DNA from: a virus
Lineage: Duplodnaviria; Caudoviricetes
DNA: 64,000 nt
IMG/VR virus record: IMGVR_UViG_2854418831_000003
Coordinates: 1-64,000 of that record
Reading direction: 5' to 3' (one strand)
The notes under the pieces were generated by a model that was given only the letters and a program-made list of their open reading frames with translations, did no database searches and was not told where the DNA came from. Below, piece by piece: positions 27,518-38,300 of this stretch (its first letter is position 1; each line of letters starts with the position of its first letter). The translations under genes and the position numbers were made by a program.

Positions 27518-27734
27518 ATTTTTTTACAGTGGTGCAGGTTTCGCTGTATTCTACTTCCGGATGGGCCAGCGGCTCCGCTTTCGCAAAACATAACCCACGC
27601 ACAAGGGACTCCCCTTGGTGCCATCACTGCTGTTTTCCTTTTTCGCTCATTGTAAAGCGCGGGGACGAGATCCTTTATCCCCCTGCACTGCCAGGGCGTC
27701 CGTGGGCGCTCCTGTATCTGGCGTATGGGGGTAG

Positions 27735-27853
27735 AGCGGAGCGCCAGCCGATGTTCACGTTCACGTTGCCGCGGTTCGTCCAGTTGCCGTTACTGTAACC
27801 GACACCCGCGTTCGTGCCGTTGCCATAGTTGCCACCGGAGTTGAACAAGCGCT
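27735..27853 (-). ncRNA. DGR template repeat (TR), 119 bp
   Basis: Matches VR 28330-28448 except at 12 positions, all adenines in TR on the minus strand; 10 AAC codons. Confidence 0.97.
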
Positions 27854-27874
27854 ATATCCCATTCCCTACGTTAT

Positions 27875-28246
27875 TTATTTTTTAACGCTCGCCATCCATC
27901 CGCCGAGCATTCTTCCTATCTCATTTACCTTTTCGCTCCATTGCTTATATTTCTTGAAATCTATATATTTCAACCTGTATGAAAGACGAACGTATTTTCT
28001 CAGCTTGTCAATTTCCACATCCAGCTCCTGCAAAGTAGTTTTCTTGTAATACTTTTTATTTGCTTCAATGGTTCTTTCCATTGCCTGGTCCATACATCGC
28101 TTTATGTCTGCCGCTAAAACAAATCTTTCATACTTTGGATACGCATTTAGTACCGGATAGGCGTATAACATCATATCTTCAATTTTTCCTAAAATCAGGA
28201 GGGGATCTCTGTCCCCATCCTGATTTTCAATCTGTACCTCTTCCAT
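27875..28246 (-). CDS. avd: DGR accessory variability determinant
   Basis: 123-aa basic helical protein, YPKYERFVLA..LDVEIDKLR..EIGRMLGGW. Confidence 0.92.
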   Translation of the reverse strand: MEEVQIENQDGDRDPLLILGKIEDMMLYAYPVLNAYPKYERFVLAADIKRCMDQAMERTIEANKKYYKKTTLQELDVEIDKLRKYVRLSYRLKYIDFKKYKQWSEKVNEIGRMLGGWMASVKK

Positions 28247-28262
28247 GTTCCTCCTGCATCTA

Positions 28263-28311
28263 GTTGGCCTTATCGGTCCGCTATCGCGTCCCTATCAGAT
28301 TACAGGCCAAC
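28263..28311 (-). promoter_or_regulatory. Hairpin/cruciform downstream of VR (target-recognition element candidate)
   Basis: Outer GTTGGCCT/AGGCCAAC arms; inner imperfect stem GGGACGC-GATA-GCGGACC. Confidence 0.45.
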
Positions 28312-29400
28312 AGATTCCAGATCCACATAAGCGGAGCGCCAGCCGATGACCACGCTCACGCTGCCGCGGACCGACCAGATGCCGGTACTGTAACCGACAC
28401 CCGCGTCCGCGCCGTTGCCATAGTTGCCACCGGAGTAGAACAAGCGCTCGTCTGCAACGTTATTGAACCACAATCTGTCGTCGTCATAATCAGACGCTTT
28501 TGCTCCGTCTACCGGCAGTAAGCCGTATGCTCTCAGCACTGCCTTTGCAGCGTCGGAAATGTCTGCGGAACAAGTTAAAGCTCCCAGCGCGCAACTAAAG
28601 TTCTCAGAGGTCTTTGTAATGGTTTTACACCACTGGGCGCCGCCAGTTCCTGTTGCGTCAATCTTAATACTGTTCGCGGTTGTTCCGTTTCCATCCGGAG
28701 TAATAAATGCACCGGTGGTTGCGTCAATGGCTTTCCATGCGGTACTTGTCGCTGTCTGCGGGTTGTCGCTGTTGGCGCCGTTATTGTTTTCAAGTAACTG
28801 CAGCTCTCCTTTTACGGTGCGGAGCGCTCCGGTCCACTCAGAAACATTTCCGTTCAGGTCCCAAATTCCATCAGGCTGTTTATTGTGTGACCAGGTCAGC
28901 GGGCCGGTACCGGTTAAAACATGGTAAATTTTTCCTGCATCTGTTCCGCTTCCATAGGTCGCCGGAATAGCCTGCTGCAGCGTCTCTCTGCTGTCCTTGC
29001 CATAGTTATTGTTTCCCCATGGCTGGAAGCCGTTCTTTTTACACCAGAGCATAATTGCGGCCCACTCTGCCTTAGTCATCATGTGCCAGCCTTTTCCCTT
29101 AGATTCACAATATCCTCTGGCAGTGTCCCAGGTAATATTTACAGTCGGATCCTGGCCAGGCAGGGAGTACGCACGGCCATTATTTACAATGTTCTGGTAT
29201 TTACTGATCCAGATTCCCGGTACCTCTTTACCATTCACGATAAAGGCTGGGTGTGTGCTGTCTCCGGCGCCGTCGATCACGTCGCTCATTTTGAACTTAG
29301 GCACGTAAACCATAACGGACGGGATTCCCTTGTCGTCATAAATCAGCTTGTTATTAGGTGCTACCATTTTCAGGGCAAATTCTGCTAAATCGTACTGCAT
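28300..29400 (-). CDS. DGR target protein, CLec/FGE-sulfatase fold (probable receptor-binding protein)
   Basis: ISKYQN, WHMMTKAEW, IWDLNGNVSEW; C-terminal VR ending GWRSA; distal tail module position. Confidence 0.9.
   Translation of the reverse strand: MQYDLAEFALKMVAPNNKLIYDDKGIPSVMVYVPKFKMSDVIDGAGDSTHPAFIVNGKEVPGIWISKYQNIVNNGRAYSLPGQDPTVNITWDTARGYCESKGKGWHMMTKAEWAAIMLWCKKNGFQPWGNNNYGKDSRETLQQAIPATYGSGTDAGKIYHVLTGTGPLTWSHNKQPDGIWDLNGNVSEWTGALRTVKGELQLLENNNGANSDNPQTATSTAWKAIDATTGAFITPDGNGTTANSIKIDATGTGGAQWCKTITKTSENFSCALGALTCSADISDAAKAVLRAYGLLPVDGAKASDYDDDRLWFNNVADERLFYSGGNYGNGADAGVGYSTGIWSVRGSVSVVIGWRSAYVDLESVGL
28330..28448 (-). repeat. DGR variable repeat (VR)
   Basis: Encodes RLFYSGGNYGNGADAGVGYSTGIWSVRGSVSVVIGWRSA versus TR RLFNSGGNYGNGTNAGVGYSNGNWTNRGNVNVNIGWRSA. 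Confidence 0.97.
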
Positions 29401-29403
29401 ACC

Positions 29404-29769
29404 TTATTCCTCCTCTTCATCATCAGCGGCAACCGGATTTTCCAGTCCCCACAATGTCACTGTAACCTGGCTCATGTCCAGCGGTTTTGCCACCGGGGCT
29501 GTGCCGCCCTCTTCCTGGCCCTCTGCTGCCGGTTGCTGTTCCTCGTATTCCTTTGCCGGGATATCAACCTCAGCGACATAAAAAAGGCCGTCGCCGGTTC
29601 CCATGGTCAGGTCTCTGTCTGCGTCCATACAGATATCTTTGTGCACTGGCCAGTCTTTCTGGTACTTGTTGCACTTAATTGTCAGCATGTCGTCAAAGCA
29701 CAAATTGTAGCCTTTTTCTGTGTACGGGATTTTCTCCCCCGCGTTCTTTTCAATAACCTTTACGCTCAT
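29404..29769 (-). CDS. Phage tail-associated hypothetical protein
   Basis: Coupled ORF in the distal tail module. Confidence 0.6.
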   Translation of the reverse strand: MSVKVIEKNAGEKIPYTEKGYNLCFDDMLTIKCNKYQKDWPVHKDICMDADRDLTMGTGDGLFYVAEVDIPAKEYEEQQPAAEGQEEGGTAPVAKPLDMSQVTVTLWGLENPVAADDEEEE

Positions 29770-30305
29770 GCGTACATACCTCCTCTAACTTTGTATTTAA
29801 CCTTTACAGTCTTAGCACTTCCCTCAAATTTCAGTTTGAAACCGTTCAGCTGCTTGTCATATACGATCACATCCCCAACCTGGCCGCCTGCTACTTCCAC
29901 GACCTCAATATCAAGGTCATAGTTCATAGTTTTGCGGACCGTCTTTAATGCAATCGTGCTGCCGCTGTTATTAAAGCCGAAAAATACCTTGTTGGTATTG
30001 TTCAGGGTAACGGTTCCGGTCTCTGCCGAAAACTCAGCGTCGTGGTGATCCAGCCGCTCGTCAACCTCCTTTTCTCGTGCCTCAACATAGTGCATTTGAT
30101 ACTGCATAAAAATTGCAGCGGCCACATGGGCGTCATGGATTCCGTTTTCCATGTGGTTGAAATTGGTTGCGCTCTGCGGGGTTCCCTGCTGCATCACGGT
30201 ACCTGGGGACGGCTCATGTTCTACTGTGCCGTCAGAGTTCTGCGTCTCTTTGTACCGGTATGGGTACTGGACAACCTCGTCTTTCCATGGTGTCATACCA
30301 TACAT
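29766..30305 (-). CDS. Tail fibre-like protein
   Basis: WKDEV..QQGTPQSATNFNHMENGI N-terminal motif typical of tail fibre anchors. Confidence 0.6.
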   Translation of the reverse strand: MYGMTPWKDEVVQYPYRYKETQNSDGTVEHEPSPGTVMQQGTPQSATNFNHMENGIHDAHVAAAIFMQYQMHYVEAREKEVDERLDHHDAEFSAETGTVTLNNTNKVFFGFNNSGSTIALKTVRKTMNYDLDIEVVEVAGGQVGDVIVYDKQLNGFKLKFEGSAKTVKVKYKVRGGMYA

Positions 30306-30323
30306 AGGTCTTTGCCTCCTCTC

Positions 30324-30629
30324 TTATACCTCTGTAATTTCAATAGTAAAGCGGTAAAACACACCCTCTTGCGTGCTCTTTCGGGTAATGTTCTCCGTTT
30401 TTGTCAGCCACAACTTGCCGCTGCGGTTGTACAGCTGCACCTCTGCGATTTTTACGGTGCCGCTCATGGTGGGATCTATTGTAAAATCAATAGCCACCTT
30501 GCCCGTGCTGTCCACGTAAATGTCTGTAATTTCCGCCCTGTAATAGCTGCTGTTAATCTTATACATGGCGTGGGAAACTGTCTTTTTTACATGGTCCTTA
30601 AAGCCGTTCATGGCGTCTGCTGTCAGCAT
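30324..30629 (-). CDS. Phage tail protein (hypothetical)
   Basis: Start MLTADAM with AAGGAGGAG RBS. Confidence 0.55.
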   Translation of the reverse strand: MLTADAMNGFKDHVKKTVSHAMYKINSSYYRAEITDIYVDSTGKVAIDFTIDPTMSGTVKIAEVQLYNRSGKLWLTKTENITRKSTQEGVFYRFTIEITEV

Positions 30630-30643
30630 GTGCTCCTCCTTTC

Positions 30644-31423
30644 TTAGAGCCGTGTAGCTCCGCAAATTTTATACACAATACCGGCGGATTCTCCGGTAAT
30701 GCGAGCATTTACTCCTGGGGCGGTCATTTCTCCGATTGTGCTTACATCCGGATAAGTTCCTGCCCGTTTCTCTTCTCCTGGCGTCGGGTATGTGAACGCC
30801 TGGCCTGTTGCTTGTGGTGCAACGTCAACCTCTAAAGGCTGCAGTGCTCCTGGCCGGTTCACATCTGGCCGGGTTCCGGCTATAATATGCCGGAAAGAAA
30901 AATTCATACCCGCGGGCCGCACTTGCAGGCGAACAGGTGTTTCAAAGACAATCCTCACGTGCTTCTGGGACTGCTTAACCTTGTAAATTTCTTCTGCAAC
31001 AGCGGCCAGGTCAACGTTGCTGCTGCCCGGCCGGATAATGACTTCGTATGTGTGCGGTGCTACGTTTTCATAGATTTCAACCTCCCGCCCGGAAATTTCT
31101 GCAACCAGGCCTGCAATACGATACGGGTTCATAGGGCGTTTTGTGTTGCGTTTCTGCACAATCGGACGCCGCCTTTCTTCCAGGCTCTTGCCCTCGTTTC
31201 CTGTGATTCCGTAACGTTCTTCCCACCAGGGGAGTGACCAGGTTGCTGTTTCCGGAAATGCCTGGTTTTTCATATCTTCCACTGTCTCGCGTGCAAGTTC
31301 CATGGATGCCGCCATGACCTGGAAAATCCATTTACCAACATAGGAGCGGTCATAGATCGGGCTTATCATGCTCAGCATGTCTTTTGCAGTTTCCCTTGTA
31401 GGGAAGTTTTCCAGATCCATCAC
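30644..31423 (-). CDS. Baseplate wedge protein (DUF2313/XkdU-like)
   Basis: FPETATWSLPWWEERYGI; follows baseplate J. Confidence 0.7.
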   Translation of the reverse strand: MMDLENFPTRETAKDMLSMISPIYDRSYVGKWIFQVMAASMELARETVEDMKNQAFPETATWSLPWWEERYGITGNEGKSLEERRRPIVQKRNTKRPMNPYRIAGLVAEISGREVEIYENVAPHTYEVIIRPGSSNVDLAAVAEEIYKVKQSQKHVRIVFETPVRLQVRPAGMNFSFRHIIAGTRPDVNRPGALQPLEVDVAPQATGQAFTYPTPGEEKRAGTYPDVSTIGEMTAPGVNARITGESAGIVYKICGATRL

Positions 31424-32556
31424 TCAGCCCCCTTTGCTTCAACATTTTCTGTATACGGATATTCGTCGTTTTCAATGCGAATATTGTCCGTGCTGCCATT
31501 GATCAGCAGGTCTGTAAAGTCCTCGACGCCTGGCGTTCCGGTCAGCAGCGCGTGCACTTTTATGTACTTCACTGCTCCCTCATCCGCCACGATTTTATAA
31601 TAGCTTTCCAGCTGCTTTTTAAATCCGGATATAACGGTGCTCAGTTCAAACCCATCTGCCACCGTAACCGTAAAGGAATACGATATGTTTACCAGGTCCG
31701 GCGCTGCTACCGTCAGGATTGTGTTTGGCGGCGCCAGTCGGTCTGCGGGGTTGTCTGGAGCCATAATATAATTGTAAACTGCATCCAGCAGGGTCTTGTT
31801 CGCACCCTCGCCGTTCTGGTCGAGGCATACAATTTTTACTGTTTCCGGCCCGTTCCATTCCGGGATAACAATCGCGTCCCCGATTCCGTCTACTGCCTTA
31901 GCCCACCGTTTATAATCGGCATTGTTGCCTATATAACTGGTTTCCTCCGAGGCGTCTGCTTCCAGGATTCTTTCTCTTAAATCGTCGTCACTTTCTTCCT
32001 CGGTTCCTCCGGTGGCTTTTTCTTTGTTCGTAACCGTCTGGATTCCCTCAACTGGTTCCGACATTAAAACAATAGCGCCGGCATTTACGTTTGATTGCTT
32101 TCCGTCAAGTAACGCACGCACCAGCACGGTACCTTTTCCCTCTTCGTTCAATATGCAGCTTTCAACTGCCGCAAATTCAATGGACGGCTGATCGTTCTTG
32201 GCTTCTGTCGCAAAAACAGTGCCGCCCGGTACTATGGTGCCCGGTTCGCCTGTCAGCGTCAGCACTGCTTCTGCATAAGTGGACGCTTTTCTCTTTGTCT
32301 GTGACCCAGCTGCCAGGTAGTCCAAAAAGCTGCCACTGCTCCACTGTGGGAACATCAGTTTTATTGCTTCCGGAATATAAAACTGCAATAGCTCTGCTGC
32401 GATCAGTGCTGTGGGCCTTGTAAAATCCCACGGGAAGCCGCCCTCAGTCTTGTCAATGTCATTCGGAAGCTCGTCCATCATTCTTGCGTGGATCGTGTCC
32501 GCGTCACAATCCTCCAAAAATTCAGGTACAATAAAATCACTTGCCAACTCTCTCAC
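31420..32556 (-). CDS. Baseplate J-like protein
   Basis: DKTEGGFPWDF, GTEEESDDDLRER, GNNADYKRWA..PEWNGPETVK. Confidence 0.88.
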   Translation of the reverse strand: MRELASDFIVPEFLEDCDADTIHARMMDELPNDIDKTEGGFPWDFTRPTALIAAELLQFYIPEAIKLMFPQWSSGSFLDYLAAGSQTKRKASTYAEAVLTLTGEPGTIVPGGTVFATEAKNDQPSIEFAAVESCILNEEGKGTVLVRALLDGKQSNVNAGAIVLMSEPVEGIQTVTNKEKATGGTEEESDDDLRERILEADASEETSYIGNNADYKRWAKAVDGIGDAIVIPEWNGPETVKIVCLDQNGEGANKTLLDAVYNYIMAPDNPADRLAPPNTILTVAAPDLVNISYSFTVTVADGFELSTVISGFKKQLESYYKIVADEGAVKYIKVHALLTGTPGVEDFTDLLINGSTDNIRIENDEYPYTENVEAKGAE

Positions 32557-32560
32557 CTCC

Positions 32561-33004
32561 TTACAGCTGCATGCTCAGTGTTTCATCTTCCTCCCACGGG
32601 TACCCTTTTACTGTAAAACTGCAGTATGTTTCGTCTCCCTCATGGGTAAACTCAAAGTCTCGGACGTACTCGGTTGCTGGATGCACCAGCAGCGCCTCTG
32701 TGATCGTCCTTTCAATTTCGCTTTCACGGGATTCCCTGTCCGGTATCTCGGCCAGTTCATCAAACTCCGTGCCTATGTCGTCGCTATATGCCAGGCAGCT
32801 CAGCCGCTCCGTGCTGGCAACTTTCAGGCACCACTGCATATATGCCTCCCTGCCTGCGCTGGTGATCATCCTGCCTGCTCCATCCCGTAAAAAATCGCCC
32901 GTTTCAAAATCAAAATAAACGGACGGGTAATATCTTTCATCATATTCCGGGTTGTCTGGTATCTCAGGCAAGTCAAACACCGGAAAAAGCTGATTTTCTG
33001 CCAT
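32561..33004 (-). CDS. Baseplate protein (DUF2634/XkdS-like)
   Basis: FDFETGDF..QWCLKVASTER..AYSDDIG..EIERTITEALL. Confidence 0.75.
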   Translation of the reverse strand: MAENQLFPVFDLPEIPDNPEYDERYYPSVYFDFETGDFLRDGAGRMITSAGREAYMQWCLKVASTERLSCLAYSDDIGTEFDELAEIPDRESRESEIERTITEALLVHPATEYVRDFEFTHEGDETYCSFTVKGYPWEEDETLSMQL

Positions 33005-33013
33005 ATTTGCCTC

Positions 33014-33370
33014 CTAACTTACCACATCAATAACAACCGCCTCGTTTTGCACCCAGGCAACCAGAACGCGGTCCCCTGGCTTGATCTGTGGTGGCTTGGC
33101 CGTATGCGTATGGCTTCCGTTGCCTCCCTCATGTCCTCCATGGGAGCCTCCGGAAATCGTGTACGCCAGGCCTCCCACAAGCCTGCACACATGATAATCA
33201 CTGCGCGGTATCGGTATGGGGAAAGTATTTGTTAAAAGGCTCATGTCTCCTTTAATGCTGCCGAAATCCAGCACTAGATCACGCTCTGCCTTTCCGGCCA
33301 CGTTCTCTGCCCGCTGGGATATCACGCGGGCCAGTTTGCTCAGACCTGGGCTGCCTTTGTTTTCTGCCAT
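33014..33370 (-). CDS. Baseplate spike-like protein (XkdR-like)
   Basis: LDFGSI..HSHT-like His tip, KPGDRVLVAW. Confidence 0.65.
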   Translation of the reverse strand: MAENKGSPGLSKLARVISQRAENVAGKAERDLVLDFGSIKGDMSLLTNTFPIPIPRSDYHVCRLVGGLAYTISGGSHGGHEGGNGSHTHTAKPPQIKPGDRVLVAWVQNEAVVIDVVS

Positions 33371-33382
33371 ATCTGCCTCCTA

Positions 33383-34624
33383 TCAATCAAAGCTGCCATC
33401 ATCCACCCAGCCATAAACATGTGTTTCAGACCAGTTCTCATAAACCAGGTGCCACGGGTGCGCCTTGCCGCTGCCGTTTGCGATTGTAATCTTCGCACGG
33501 CCGGCTGATACGTTGTAGCCCTTTGCGCCTGGATAAGAGCTGATATAGTGCTTGCCGCCGTGGAAGTTCACAACGTCGCCCACTTTATAGGTCTTTTTCT
33601 TCGTTTCCGTTTTCTTCTTGGCTGTTGTATCTGCTTTTTCTACCTGCATAGTCATTTTCCCGCTGTCAGCGTCGTGCTGCACGCTCTTAACAATATAAAA
33701 GCCGTTCAGCGCACCGACAGCCAGGTGTACCATGTCGCCCTTGCGCACCGGTGGGGTATCAGGCGCCTGCACGGTTGCCGTCTCTTTCGGTTTTCCGTTT
33801 TCGTCCAGCATTTCCTGTGCTGTCTCCTGCGCCTCTGATAGGTTGTCGCTGCTGGCGTGGTTCACAATCCTTTGGAAAATTCCATATTCTGTTTTTCCGT
33901 TCTTGACTGCCTCAACCTTTGGCAATCCGTCCGTTTTTTCAGAGGATACAATCTTCACGCGGGTAACAAGGTTTGCAATGCTTACTTTGTGCTTACTGGA
34001 CACGCTGTTGTTACCCTCAAAGTGATAAATATCTTTGTTGCCACCTACGGCCACAATAGAAACTTTGTTCTGCGTACTCCGTACAATCGCCTTGCCTCCG
34101 CCTTTTTTCTTAGCTTCGTCCAGGATTCCGCGCACTACGTCGCCCAGGTATGAGTTTTTGTACAAAATCTTTGCGTGACTCACATCCGGACCGCTGTAGC
34201 TGCTCAGGGTAATGCCCCAGTTTTTGAAAACTTCCGTCAGGGCGCTCTTGGTGCCCTTTCCGGCAGCAAAATAAATATTGTCCTGGGAACGCTGCATACT
34301 GTACAGGTTGTCATAAGCAACCACATTAAAAACCTCGTCGGCTTTCGTTGTGCTGCGCTCACACTCTGTTACATTTCCCATGGCCACAATGCCCTTGCCG
34401 CTGCCCCAGTACGCTTTTATTGCCACCACGCACCCGATCTTTATCAAAGAGGACAGCCTGGAACCGTTATACTTGGCATTGTATAGCTCAAAGGTTATTT
34501 TCATGGCCAGCTCGTCCTCTTCTTCCTCCCATCCCAGGCCCTCGACCGCCTGGGTAATGTTTAGCTGCACTTTCTTTTCTGTGATTGCAATCACGTCATA
34601 GTGCACTTTGCTTACTTCAATCAC
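33383..34624 (-). CDS. Baseplate hub protein (XkdQ-like)
   Basis: Position after the LysM gene; YDNLYSMQRSQD, EYGIFQ. Confidence 0.7.
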   Translation of the reverse strand: MIEVSKVHYDVIAITEKKVQLNITQAVEGLGWEEEEDELAMKITFELYNAKYNGSRLSSLIKIGCVVAIKAYWGSGKGIVAMGNVTECERSTTKADEVFNVVAYDNLYSMQRSQDNIYFAAGKGTKSALTEVFKNWGITLSSYSGPDVSHAKILYKNSYLGDVVRGILDEAKKKGGGKAIVRSTQNKVSIVAVGGNKDIYHFEGNNSVSSKHKVSIANLVTRVKIVSSEKTDGLPKVEAVKNGKTEYGIFQRIVNHASSDNLSEAQETAQEMLDENGKPKETATVQAPDTPPVRKGDMVHLAVGALNGFYIVKSVQHDADSGKMTMQVEKADTTAKKKTETKKKTYKVGDVVNFHGGKHYISSYPGAKGYNVSAGRAKITIANGSGKAHPWHLVYENWSETHVYGWVDDGSFD

Positions 34625-34639
34625 TCAGCTGCACCTCCC

Positions 34640-35323
34640 TTACTTGGCCGGTATGGTCAGCTTTTGGCCGGGGTATATCAAGTTCGGATTCTTTATCTTG
34701 TCCCTGTTCAGGTTGTAAATTTCCGTGTATCTGGAGCCTTTACCCAGCAGGCGCTGTGCAATCCTCCATAAACAATCCCCGGATTTTACCGTGTAGGTGG
34801 TCGTCTTTTTGCCTGTTTTGGGCTGCTTCTTTTTAGGCGACGGTCTGGTTGGCGTTTTTATTTTCAGCTCATTGGTGGTGTAAATCTTTATATCTCTGGC
34901 AATAATAAATTTTATGTCATAGAAATAATCTCCGGATCCACCTTTGTACTTGCCTTTAAAACTGGAAACATAAACAGAATAGTTTATGCAGGTGCCAGTG
35001 CATAGCAAAGTACATTTTGTGCCATTGTCCCGATACTTTTCCAGGCTTTTGATCAGTGTGTCGGGTTTGGTATACTTTCTTACCAGTCTGTTTTTCTTCC
35101 GCACTGCCCCTGGAAACATCCCGGACCACGAAATCTCTTTTGTTCCTCGTCCACGGGGGAGTTTTACGTCCCCCAGTGAAATAATGCTGTACGTCATAAA
35201 TTTTGCGTCAGCACCCATTGTTATAGCTTCCGGCAGCATAGGGAACTGTATTCTGCTGCCGCCGGATGGTGTCAGGTAAATATCCATGTCCCTATGCCTC
35301 CTGTATAAGCGGCATGTTTGCAA
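34640..35323 (-). CDS. LysM-containing tail tube initiator (XkdP-like)
   Basis: QFPMLPE N-terminus; C-terminal [27 protein letters not shown]. Confidence 0.85.
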   Translation of the reverse strand: MQTCRLYRRHRDMDIYLTPSGGSRIQFPMLPEAITMGADAKFMTYSIISLGDVKLPRGRGTKEISWSGMFPGAVRKKNRLVRKYTKPDTLIKSLEKYRDNGTKCTLLCTGTCINYSVYVSSFKGKYKGGSGDYFYDIKFIIARDIKIYTTNELKIKTPTRPSPKKKQPKTGKKTTTYTVKSGDCLWRIAQRLLGKGSRYTEIYNLNRDKIKNPNLIYPGQKLTIPAK

Positions 35324-38300
35324 AAATTTTGCTCATGCGCTCTGCGATCTCGTCTCCCAGGTCGTCTGCCATTTCGCGGATCCGGTTTTTCATAACTTCA
35401 AAGACCTTTTCCTCGTCCATGTTTCCGCCCTCGATCTTAATAACTGGACTCATGTCCACGTTAATCTCAAAGTTGTTGTTGCCCTGCTGTCCCTGCACTG
35501 CTGCATTGACAGAAACGGCTTTCTTGCCCTCGGATTCCTCTTCGCTACTATCCCCCGACATTTCCTGGCCGGTTACACTCCACACGCTCTTGCTTTCGTC
35601 CTGTGGCTGTGCCTGCAATGGCAAAATGGTATTGCTGGCCAGTTCTTCGCCGCCAGGCCCTACGATTCCGCCGTTTGCGTGGGCTGCAATTTCTCCATTG
35701 CTGTCCAGCACGCCCAGGTCCTCGCCTGCCTGCTGCCACAACGCAATGCCGCGGCCACGTCTGCCCGGTACCGTCGGGATAACATACTCTTTGCCCTCTT
35801 CTCCTAACCAGGATAATTCTGCGCCATGCAGGCCCACCTCTCCACCGTTTGCATGTCCGGCAATGGATACAGAAACTGTTGATCCACTGCTGTGCGTGCT
35901 CAGTGAAGCGCTTGGGTTCGTGATATGGTAGGAAACTGTTACATTTACAGAAGCCCTTGCAGAATAAGGGGAGTTAAAAGCTGCTTGCAGCTCACTACCT
36001 ACTTGGCTGTAAACTGCTGCTATATTGTCGCTGGCTTTCTCGATTGTCACATCCGTGCTGCCATTGGTCTGCATAGTGTTGGAAAATGTATTATCAAGTT
36101 CCGCCTGTGCAGATGTGGCTGCCGGTGTTGCATCCGTGCTGCCTGCTTCTACGGTTAAATTGGTGGTCATTGTGGTGTCTGTGGTGTTTGTTTCACTGCT
36201 CAGAGCTGCCTGCGCTGCCTCTTCCACCGGTGTTGTGTCTGTGGATCCGGCTGTCGTTGTCACGTTTACCTGCTTCTCAACAGTCGTGTCCTCACTTCCG
36301 CTTGCTGTGCTCTGCTCCACTGCTGCCTCAATGCCGCTTGTGTCTACCTGTACCAGATCGGACGGTATAGTTACCGTTGCCCCGGACTGTACCTGTATAC
36401 CGGCACCGCTCAGGGTTCCGGTTTCCATTCCCAGGGCCGCCTCTATCTGTGCCATGGCTGTTTCAGAATCAACCTCAACGTTTGCCAGATCCACCTTTAC
36501 ACCGTCAGCAGTAACAGAAAACTCTGCACCCTCTGCGGTCAATGCGGACATAGCCTGGTCAATGGCTGTTTTGGCTGCGTCTCCGTCAACCTCTGCTGTC
36601 AAGTTATCCATGGAAATTTTCAGCTCGTCGCCTGCATGAATAATATACGGGCTTTCAATGCCGTTTTCTTCGGCTATTGTCTGCCAGTCTATTCCCAGGG
36701 CGTTGCCGATCTCCCATAAGCAATCCCCAGCCTTTACCTTAATGGTTGCGCCCTCTGCGGTCACGTCCTCGGTTTCGGCCAGGTCGCCCAGTTTTTCGTT
36801 TAAACTGGAAACCCATGCGTCTTTGTCAATGTCCACGCCGTCAACTTCCGCTTTCAGATCTCCCAGTTCCACCGGTTCGTCTGTAACAGAAGCCGTTGCA
36901 CGCTTCCAGGCTGCTGAAAATTCCTCACCCAGCTGCCCGTTGGCATCCATCTTACTTACCGCATCAATCAGGGCTTTGTCCCCGGAATCTGCAATGCTTT
37001 TTGCGTATACGTCCCAGGCTGCGCTTGTATCTCCGGAAGCAGCACCGATGGCCATAGTCTCGTTAAACTTGTCCATGATCTGCTTTGGCACATCCTGGCC
37101 AACTTTTACATATTCGTCCACCAGGCCGCGCATGGAGTCTGCATCTGGTTTCATGGCTTCCCACACCTTTTCAAGTGCGTTCTGGTCGCCACTCTGTAAG
37201 AATTTCCAACCGCCGCCCTGCTGTGCGTAATCCGCACCGAACATGTTCAAGTGATCATACAAGCTCTGCATGTCTTGGTTGTTCAGGTAATTCTTTAAAT
37301 AATCAACCTCATTTCCCATGCTTTTCTTTGTCTTTCCCTGGTTTGTTGCGATCAGGTCGCCATAAGTACCGCCCAGGGTGTTGTTTTCAAAGTCCAGGCT
37401 GGTCATGAGATCGTTTGCCTTTTGGTTTCTAATTGCCTGGCTGGCCAGGTCTTTGTAATGCTCATTCTGCCGCTTTGTAATTCGTCCAGAAGCCTCCGCG
37501 GCATTTAAGTATGAATAAAATTCTGTTGCCAGCGCCTGGGTTTCATCTGCTGCGGTTTCTCGCTGATCCGCCAGGGCTTCCACTACCGAAGTAAAGGAGT
37601 CTGCAGTCAGGTCTTTGCCGCTCAGGCTGCCGTATTCCTGGTTGATCCAGTCAAGCTGTGCCTGCGCTTCCGCCTGATTCCATTTGCTGGTTATGCTGTT
37701 CATTTTATCCTGTAAAGCTGCCACTGCCTGCGCTTCGTCAACATCAATAATGCCGTCCTGCAGCGCTTCCTCCACGGCAGTTTTCAGGTCATTGGATAGA
37801 TTGGTCAGTTCCAGGTGGTCTGCTCGCGCCCATTCCTCAATACTGCTCGCCAGGCTTTCACCCTCCTCAGTACCTCCCAGGAATGTCTGCACGCTTATAT
37901 GAGCCGCAAATGTCCGGCTTTCAAGCTCGGAAATTTTGCTTTCCACAAAGGTTGTTACATTGTCCTTATAGGACTGTTGCTCGTCAGCGGTCAGCTCAAT
38001 GCCGACGCTGCTTTTCCATGTCAGTGCCTGGTTTGCTTGCAGTGCTTCCTCTGCTTTCTTTCTCAGTTCGTCGGCGTTCTTAAATTCATTGATCGCCATC
38101 TCAACATTTACCAGGTACTTTGCGTTTAAGATTCCGGAAGCTGCTTCCTCTGCCTGCTTCGCGCTCAGCTCAATACTGCCAAAATGGTTCGCCAGGCTGT
38201 TGCTGATCTGCTTCTCGTTATAGTTATCTATGGCCACACCGATAGCAACCACGGCCGCTGTAATTGCCGCCGCTGCAATGCCAACCTTTCCGGCCATAGG

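Noticed and set aside
27511-27798. Plus-strand 95-aa ORF over the TR-RT spacer
   Set aside because: Antisense to the TR RNA region, with no RBS or recognisable motif.
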